DNA of 64,000 nucleotides from positions 2,816,001 to 2,880,000 of the forward strand of contig CBDFLE010000006.1 in the NCBI GenBank assembly GCA_965248925.1, given 5' to 3'. Both the position numbers and the translations under genes were made by a program. Shown here in pieces: positions 58,350-64,000 of the stretch. Position 1 is the first letter of the stretch. Every line of letters begins with the position of its first letter. The notes beneath the pieces were generated by a model. It did no database searches. It saw only the letters and a program-made list of their open reading frames with translations, and was not told the DNA's origin. This stretch comes from Candidatus Multivoradales bacterium. Lineage in GTDB: Bacteria; Acidobacteriota; Thermoanaerobaculia; Multivoradales; J023.

Positions 58350-59810
58350 TTAGTCGCCACTCTGAGCGAGTAGCTCGCGCACCAACTGCTGTACCGTCTG
58401 TGGCTCGGCGCGGCCGCGAGAAAGCCTCATCACTTGGCCCACAAAGAAGCTCTGCAACTTCTCTTTGCCGGCGCGAAAATCCGTTGCTTGCTGGGGATTG
58501 TCAGAGATCGCTTGCTCCACCCAAGAGCGCAACTGTGGCACATCGCTGACCTGCAGCAGCCCCAGCCGCTGCGCGGCTGCTAGCGGTTCTTCGCCACTAC
58601 CCCACAATGCCGCCAACACCTGCTTGCCGGCGCTCGAAGAGAGCTTGCCGTCCCCTACCAACTCCACCAGCGCGACCAGGCGGGGAGTGTCGATCGCTTG
58701 CTCGACGCCGATTCTGCGGTCCTTGAGCTCACGCAAGATCTCGGTCTTGATCCAGTTGGCGATACTTCCGGAACGCTCAGGAAGCAACCCCGCCGCACGT
58801 TCGAAATAGTCGCCCAAGGGCCGACTGCTGCTCAGCAGCCGAGCATCTTCGGCACTGAGGCCAAACCCTTCGCGATAGCGCTGCCGCCGAACCCACGGTA
58901 GCTCTGGCAGCGCACTCCTCATGGCCTCGATCTGGGCTTGATCAAGCCGCAGCGGTGGTAGATCAGGCTCGGGGAAGTAGCGATAGTCGTGGGCCTCTTC
59001 CTTGCTGCGCATCGGAAAGGTCAGATTGCGCACCGAATCGTAGGTCCGAGTCTCCTGAATCACCCTGCCGCCACTCTCCAACAGCTCGACCTGGCGCTCG
59101 ATCTCGTACTCGATTGCTTTGGCGACGAAGCGGAAGGAGTTCAGATTCTTCACCTCTGAGCGGGTACCCAGGGTCTCGTCGCCGAGTCGCCGCACGGAGA
59201 TATTGGCATCACACCGCAAGCTGCCCTCTTCCATGTTGCCGTCGCTGGTCTCGGTGTAGAACAACACCTGGCGCAGAGTTTGAAGATAGTCCTGAGCCTC
59301 ACCGGCACTACGCAAGTCGGGCTCGGACACGATCTCGGCCAATGGCACTCCACAGCGGTTGAAGTCCACCAGGCTGGTGCCCGGCAGCGCCCCTCCCCCT
59401 GGAGCCTCGTGCAGCAGCTTGCCAGCATCCTCCTCCAGATGCAGGCGGGTGATCCGCACCGTCTTGTCGTGCTCGCTCAGCGGCAGCAGGCCATGCTCGG
59501 CCAAAGGGCGATCAAACTGACTGATCTGGTAGCCCTTGGGCAGGTCGGGGTAGAAGTAGTTCTTGCGCGCGAAAACAGAGGTCAGGTGCACCTGGGTGCC
59601 CAACGCCAGGGCGAGCCTAATGCCGAGACTTACGGCTTCACCATTCAGTACCGGCAGCGTTCCGGGGTAGCCCAGGCAGATCGGGCACACCAAGGTGTTT
59701 GCCGCCGCACCGAATCGGTTTGGGCAGCGGCAGAAGATCTTGGTCCTGGTGCCCAGCTGAACGTGGACTTCAAGGCCAATGACCGCCTGCCAATCATCTT
59801 GACGCTCCAT
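58350..59810 (-). CDS. gatB: Asp/Glu-tRNA amidotransferase subunit B
   Basis: IGLEVHVQL, RKNYFYPDLPKGYQISQ, EEDAGK, RSKEEAHDYRYFPEPDLP. Confidence 0.97.
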   Translation of the reverse strand: MERQDDWQAVIGLEVHVQLGTRTKIFCRCPNRFGAAANTLVCPICLGYPGTLPVLNGEAVSLGIRLALALGTQVHLTSVFARKNYFYPDLPKGYQISQFDRPLAEHGLLPLSEHDKTVRITRLHLEEDAGKLLHEAPGGGALPGTSLVDFNRCGVPLAEIVSEPDLRSAGEAQDYLQTLRQVLFYTETSDGNMEEGSLRCDANISVRRLGDETLGTRSEVKNLNSFRFVAKAIEYEIERQVELLESGGRVIQETRTYDSVRNLTFPMRSKEEAHDYRYFPEPDLPPLRLDQAQIEAMRSALPELPWVRRQRYREGFGLSAEDARLLSSSRPLGDYFERAAGLLPERSGSIANWIKTEILRELKDRRIGVEQAIDTPRLVALVELVGDGKLSSSAGKQVLAALWGSGEEPLAAAQRLGLLQVSDVPQLRSWVEQAISDNPQQATDFRAGKEKLQSFFVGQVMRLSRGRAEPQTVQQLVRELLAQSGD

Positions 59811-59865
59811 GATGGACCCAGTTTAACGTGAATAAGACCGCTTAACCGCCGATCCTTGGGGCAGC

Positions 59866-60981
59866 TCAGAGGCTGAGGTTGCTGCGGCGAAAACCGCGAG
59901 GGTCACGATTCGCCGCGCGCAGCTGGCCACAGGCGGCGCTGACATCGTCGCCGCGCTGCTTGCGCACCGTCGCCAACATCCCCCGCCGTCGCAGGCGATC
60001 GCGAAAAGCGGTGATGCGCGGGCCGGCTGGGCGCTTCATCCAGTCCTCAAGCACCGGATCCGGGTTGAGCGGAATCAGATTGACCTTGGCCCTCAGGCCC
60101 GCCAACAATCTGACCAACAAATCCGCATCGGCAAGGCTGTCGTTGAACTCCTCGATCAAGATGTACTCAAAAGTGATCCGCTGCTTGGTGGCCAACGGGT
60201 AGCGGGCCAGCGCCGGCAGCAGCCTCGCCAGCGGATACTTACGGTTGATCGGCATCAGCCGGTCGCGTCGCTGCTCGTCGGGAGCGTGCAAAGAAATCGC
60301 TAGTTGGGGACGCTTGGGCCAGCGGGCCATGGCTTCAATGCCGGGGATGACGCCAGCGGTCGAGACAGTGATGCGGCGCCAGGAGATCTGCTCCATCAAG
60401 ATCTCCATGGCGGTGCCGAGATGCTCAATATTCAGCAGCGGCTCGCCCATGCCCATGAAAACCAGATTGACCCCCCCACCTTCGGTACCCAGGCCGTCGA
60501 GAGCTAGCACTTGAGAGATGATCTCCCCGGCGCTGAGGTTGCGACCGGAGCCCCAGAAGCCGGTGACGCAGAAGCGACAGGCCAAGGCACAGCCAGCTTG
60601 GCTCGACAGGCAGAGGGTGCGCCGTTCGCCATCAGGTATATCGACGGTCTCGATGGTGGCGCCGTCGTCGAGTTTGAACAGGTGCTTGGCCGTGCCGTCC
60701 TGCGATCGGTGCACCTCAGTAGCCGTCGGTCGGTCGATTCTGAAGCTCTTGCTGAGCCGCTGCCGTAGCTCCTTGCTGAGGTCGGTCATTTGGCCAAAGC
60801 CAGTGACCTGGCGGTGATAGAGGGCGCGGTAGATCTGCTCACAGCGAAAGGGCTGGTCGACGTGGTCAGACAGGGTCTCGGTCAGCTCGCGGCGGCAGAG
60901 ACCGAGGAGCTGAACACGGATGCCCGCCACACCGGTCGCTGCGGTACCGGCTGGGGTTGGCTGAATAGTGGGAAGAGGCAT
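59866..60981 (-). CDS. rlmN: Dual-specificity RNA methyltransferase RlmN
   Basis: CALACRFC radical SAM motif, MGMGEP, SLHA, AACGQL. Confidence 0.95.
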   Translation of the reverse strand: MPLPTIQPTPAGTAATGVAGIRVQLLGLCRRELTETLSDHVDQPFRCEQIYRALYHRQVTGFGQMTDLSKELRQRLSKSFRIDRPTATEVHRSQDGTAKHLFKLDDGATIETVDIPDGERRTLCLSSQAGCALACRFCVTGFWGSGRNLSAGEIISQVLALDGLGTEGGGVNLVFMGMGEPLLNIEHLGTAMEILMEQISWRRITVSTAGVIPGIEAMARWPKRPQLAISLHAPDEQRRDRLMPINRKYPLARLLPALARYPLATKQRITFEYILIEEFNDSLADADLLVRLLAGLRAKVNLIPLNPDPVLEDWMKRPAGPRITAFRDRLRRRGMLATVRKQRGDDVSAACGQLRAANRDPRGFRRSNLSL

Positions 60982-61050
60982 GTCTCGCTGTGTGGAGTAG
61001 GACTTGCGGAAGCAGGCCGGCTGTTTCTCAAGCTACTGTGAGAAGCTCTC

Positions 61051-61092
61051 AGTCAGGAACTCGCAATCAGGAACTCGCAGTCAGGAGCTGCG
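61051..61092. repeat. 14-bp tandem repeat x3 overlapping a stop codon
   Basis: agtcaggaactcgc aatcaggaactcgc agtcaggagctgcg. Confidence 0.6.
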
Positions 61093-61386
61093 TTGACGCT
61101 TGCCGCGGCGGGTCGGATCGATACCGACCGATCTGAGGAAAGTGACATCCTCGCCGCCAAGGACGAAAACCGGTTCTTGGACCACAGGCCTGCTCCGCGT
61201 CTTGAGTTCGATCTGGGCCCCCTTCTCACCCGCTTGCTTGGGATCGAGCACTAAGAAGATCGAAAAATCCAGCTCCCGAATACGCCGCACCGCCTTGCTG
61301 ACTTCGGCCGAAGAGGCCACCGCATCAACCAGAGCTCGGCTGAGTTCCTGCAACATACGGCGGGCTTGGTTGTCTGCGGGTTTCAT
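61081..61386 (-). CDS. Hypothetical protein
   Basis: 101 aa, coding-like; C-terminal D..FLRSVGID.T motif. Confidence 0.7.
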   Translation of the reverse strand: MKPADNQARRMLQELSRALVDAVASSAEVSKAVRRIRELDFSIFLVLDPKQAGEKGAQIELKTRSRPVVQEPVFVLGGEDVTFLRSVGIDPTRRGKRQRSS

Positions 61387-61630
61387 GGTTTTGTGAACTG
61401 CTCGTACAAGTACATGGCGTCAACACTTACCGTAAGTGAACCCACCCAAATCGAGCGGAATTCGGCGACCGAAACTCAGTCGCTATTATCCCGCTTGCCT
61501 GATGAGGGTGTCAAACAGACCTATTTGCTGCCGTTTTGGCGTCACGGGAAGGTGAGTTGTCGGCTGCAGGGACTGCTCGCTCTTCTGCTAAGCTGTCAAC
61601 AGAGGCATTGGTAGACAGGAGGAAAATGCA

Positions 61631-61810
61631 ATGGGTCTCGGATTAGGTGTCCCAGAACTAGTGGTAATTCTGTTGATCGTAGTTGTTCTTTTCGGCGCCA
61701 CTCGCTTACCGCAGCTCGGTCGTGGTTTGGGCGAAGGCATTCGCAACTTCAAGGGTGGATTGAAGGACGACGGTCAGACAGCTGTCGAATCGGGCAAGAA
61801 AAACAGCTAG
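61631..61810 (+). CDS. tatA: Twin-arginine translocase TatA/E subunit (59 aa)
   Basis: Below ORF-track cutoff; AGGAGG RBS; [46 protein letters not shown]. Confidence 0.93.
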   Translation: MGLGLGVPELVVILLIVVVLFGATRLPQLGRGLGEGIRNFKGGLKDDGQTAVESGKKNS

Positions 61811-61857
61811 TAGAGAGGGAGGCGGCGAAGTCGACCTATGACCCCACCGCTTTATGC

Positions 61858-62619
61858 TCAGCCCCTGAATTCGCGAACCAGGGCAGAGGCTTGCTCGGCG
61901 CTGGCCAGCATCTCCCTTTCCTCGCTCGCCTGCCACAGCCCTCGGTGGTGGCCGATGTAGATCCCCAACACTCGGTCGACAAACTGACGTGTTTCGCGGA
62001 AGGGCGGCAAGCCGCCGAACTTGCGTACGTTGCCGGGACCAGCGTTGTAGGCCGCCAGGGTCAGCTCCAAATCTCCCTCGTATTGGCGTAGCAGCTGGCT
62101 CAAGTAGCGTACGCCGTGGGTCAGGTTGAACCGCGGGTCGGTCAGCTGATCGCGGCCTTCCTCGGCGATATTCCCTGGCATCAACTGCATCAGACCGGTC
62201 GCACCCTTGCCCGACACGGCGGTCGGATTGAAGCCTGATTCCACCTCGACAATCGCGGCGATCAGCAGGGCGTCTATGTCGTAGCGCTCGGCTACCAGGC
62301 GGATCTCGTGGCCGAAAGGCAGACCGCTTAAGGGGCTGCTAGAGCGGTCGCTGTGGCGCAAGCGGAAGACATCGAAGCTGGTAGAACGAGCGCGGATGAT
62401 CTCGCCCAGCGAGCCAGTTGCGAGAACGTCCTCGCCCTCATTTTCGTAGCCCACCCATTGGGCCAGCTCCTCTAGCAGGGCGATCTCCTCCGCTGCCGGC
62501 GGGTTGGCGGCTGGCCGCCTATCGGCATCGTCGTGAGGTGGAGTGCTGACGCTCAGCGCTAGCAACAGGGTCAATATCAACAGAATGCCCTTCATTGGTG
62601 GGGCTTTCGTATAGGTCAT
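61858..62619 (-). CDS. Exported lytic transglycosylase (SLT domain)
   Basis: Signal peptide, VES.FNP.AVS.KGA.GLMQL, AAYNAG, PPFRET. Confidence 0.92.
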   Translation of the reverse strand: MTYTKAPPMKGILLILTLLLALSVSTPPHDDADRRPAANPPAAEEIALLEELAQWVGYENEGEDVLATGSLGEIIRARSTSFDVFRLRHSDRSSSPLSGLPFGHEIRLVAERYDIDALLIAAIVEVESGFNPTAVSGKGATGLMQLMPGNIAEEGRDQLTDPRFNLTHGVRYLSQLLRQYEGDLELTLAAYNAGPGNVRKFGGLPPFRETRQFVDRVLGIYIGHHRGLWQASEEREMLASAEQASALVREFRG

Positions 62620-62826
62620 GGTTTGTAACTCTCAAGGCGCGGCCCAGGCACACGGCATCTTTCTAGTGAGTGACGAGGGGGTGAACAGCCGCTGAAGGTG
62701 ATGGGCCGGCCGGGTTTGTCGGGAACCCCGAATGCCTGAACGGCGGGGTTCATTTCAACGATTCAGCGCTAACGCTGCATCCAAGGAACTACCTTCTAAC
62801 AAGGTGGCACTACCCCAGGGCAAACC

Positions 62827-62842
62827 TGCAAGCGCGGTGCCA
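62827..62842 (-). promoter_or_regulatory. Sigma54 promoter upstream of lytic transglycosylase
   Basis: Minus strand TGGCACC-GCGC-TTGCA. Confidence 0.75.
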
Positions 62843-62888
62843 AGTGGCCGGGGTGGGCTTCTTGGTAACCGGGCGGGGCAAAGGGGCC

Positions 62889-63170
62889 TCAGGGCTTGCC
62901 GAAGGTGCGACGACTACGGCGGCCGAGCTTTAGCCGGAATTCCTCGACCGCGATTCCCAGATTGCTGACCTTGTTGCGCAAGGTGTTGCGATGTACGCCG
63001 AGTGAACGAGCTGACCGGCAGAGATTGCCATCGTTGGAGCGAATCGAAGCTACGATGAACTGCTTTTCGAACTCTTTGCGAGCCTGCTCCAGGGTCACGC
63101 CCTGGTTGACCAGCTCGTCAACTATCTGGGTCAGTTGCCCATTGAGGTTTCTATGTCGCATCTTGGCCAA
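62889..63170 (-). CDS. Stand-alone Fis-family HTH protein
   Basis: FEKQFI...GN..AR.LGVHRNTLR.K. Confidence 0.85.
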   Translation of the reverse strand: MAKMRHRNLNGQLTQIVDELVNQGVTLEQARKEFEKQFIVASIRSNDGNLCRSARSLGVHRNTLRNKVSNLGIAVEEFRLKLGRRSRRTFGKP

Positions 63171-63258
63171 ATCTCCCGCTGCTGATCGCTCCCCTCAGCC
63201 GTGCAGGCTAACACAGACAACCGCCGGTCCAGCAAGGCCGGTGGCCAAAAAACTGCAC

Positions 63259-64000
63259 TCATTTAATCTGCAAAACGTCACCCAGGAAGACAGTGTATCG
63301 GGAGCGCAGGATTCGCGCCAAGGAGGCGTTCTCGTGCACCGAGAGGATGCCGAGTTCGCCCAGGACGATTGGCGGGAATCCTTGCCGGCCTTGGCGATAG
63401 ATGGTGAAGATGTCTCCGGCGGCCGCATTGTCGTTGCTGCCGCGATCGATGTACACCAGATGGCCCATGCCGAGAGCGACGATGTCGTTTTCGCTGAAGA
63501 TAATCGACGGGCTGTCGACCAGTTCCTCAGGCTTCGCCGGATAGTTGACCGGCCGCAAGGCGGTCAACCGGCGCAGTGGTACTGGCTCGGGTTCGAACAG
63601 GCGCAAGGCCGTACCGACCGGCATTGGGTAGCAAGAGAGGATAATCTCACCAATGGATGTGTTCTCTTGCACGGACAGCAAGCGAACTCGGCCCAAGTAG
63701 CGGTTTAGGCGCCCGAACTTGTTGCCGGTTCGTGGGTGTTCGACCAGTTGCGAAGGCTCGATGCCGGTGAGCATCTCCCCCGCTGACAGTCCGTCTGCCC
63801 GGCCACCTTCGAGATAGACGATGTCGCCTAGTCCGAGGCCGTACTTCTGCGTGTTCGACTTGCCGTAGAGGCCCTTTATCTCGGAATCTCGCTGTGGATC
63901 GAGAGTCGGGGTGAGAAACTCGTACTCCGAACCGGCGATCTTGAATGGGAAGCTCTCGCCGTCGTCCCCGATGTACCCGCTACAGTAGATATCTGCTTCG
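63259..64000 (-). CDS. C-terminal part of TsaP-like (probably LysM) protein, 5' end off window
   Basis: Frame open to window edge (ADIYCSGYIG...GDIVYLEGG); two repeated VY.D.G...G..F.IYR...LG beta domains and HP.TG motif; LysM itself not in window. Confidence 0.6.
   Translation of the reverse strand, partial: EADIYCSGYIGDDGESFPFKIAGSEYEFLTPTLDPQRDSEIKGLYGKSNTQKYGLGLGDIVYLEGGRADGLSAGEMLTGIEPSQLVEHPRTGNKFGRLNRYLGRVRLLSVQENTSIGEIILSCYPMPVGTALRLFEPEPVPLRRLTALRPVNYPAKPEELVDSPSIIFSENDIVALGMGHLVYIDRGSNDNAAAGDIFTIYRQGRQGFPPIVLGELGILSVHENASLARILRSRYTVFLGDVLQIK

Overview
GC-rich bacterial chromosomal window; the gene repertoire suggests Acidobacteriota, probably Thermoanaerobaculia-like (inference, not a database match). 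Layout: (1) 1-19 kb: surface-glycan locus with nucleotide amino-sugar enzymes (epimerase, DegT aminotransferase, Gfo/Idh/MocA oxidoreductase, two paralogous hexapeptide acyltransferases), a GT2 polyprenyl-phosphate glycosyltransferase, a flippase-like protein and four GT-C-type membrane glycosyltransferases. (2) Inserted in it at about 5.6-10.25 kb: an accessory island cut into modules by five co-oriented copies of a ~25-bp repeat (ATAGGTGCCAGCCGATTC(G/T)C(A/G)GC). The island carries a HigBA-like toxin-antitoxin (TA) pair, a UPF0175/PIN pair whose toxin is cut at a repeat, a probable second gene stub cut at another repeat, a Pro-loop-channel-like membrane protein with a secreted partner, and a Cys-rich secreted protein. 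No integrase or transposase is visible. This is the best candidate for an undescribed system. (3) 20.6-34 kb: type IV pilus locus with sigma54 promoters (major pilin, PilD, sensor kinase, FimT/PilV/PilW/PilX-like minor pilins, PilY1, sigma54 activator). (4) 34-64 kb: mostly housekeeping genes (ychF, tldD/pmbA, carboxyltransferase, rpiB, glyA, folC, accD, yebC, ruvC, ftsEX, gatB, rlmN, tatA), plus a pseudo-receiver Ser/Thr kinase, an exbB-exbD-exbD-tonB module with a tandem-hairpin leader, a lytic transglycosylase, a Fis-like protein and a partial TsaP-like gene. I saw no rRNA, tRNA or CRISPR array. Product calls rest on motifs recognised by eye; several starts were re-chosen using RBS or stop/start overlaps.
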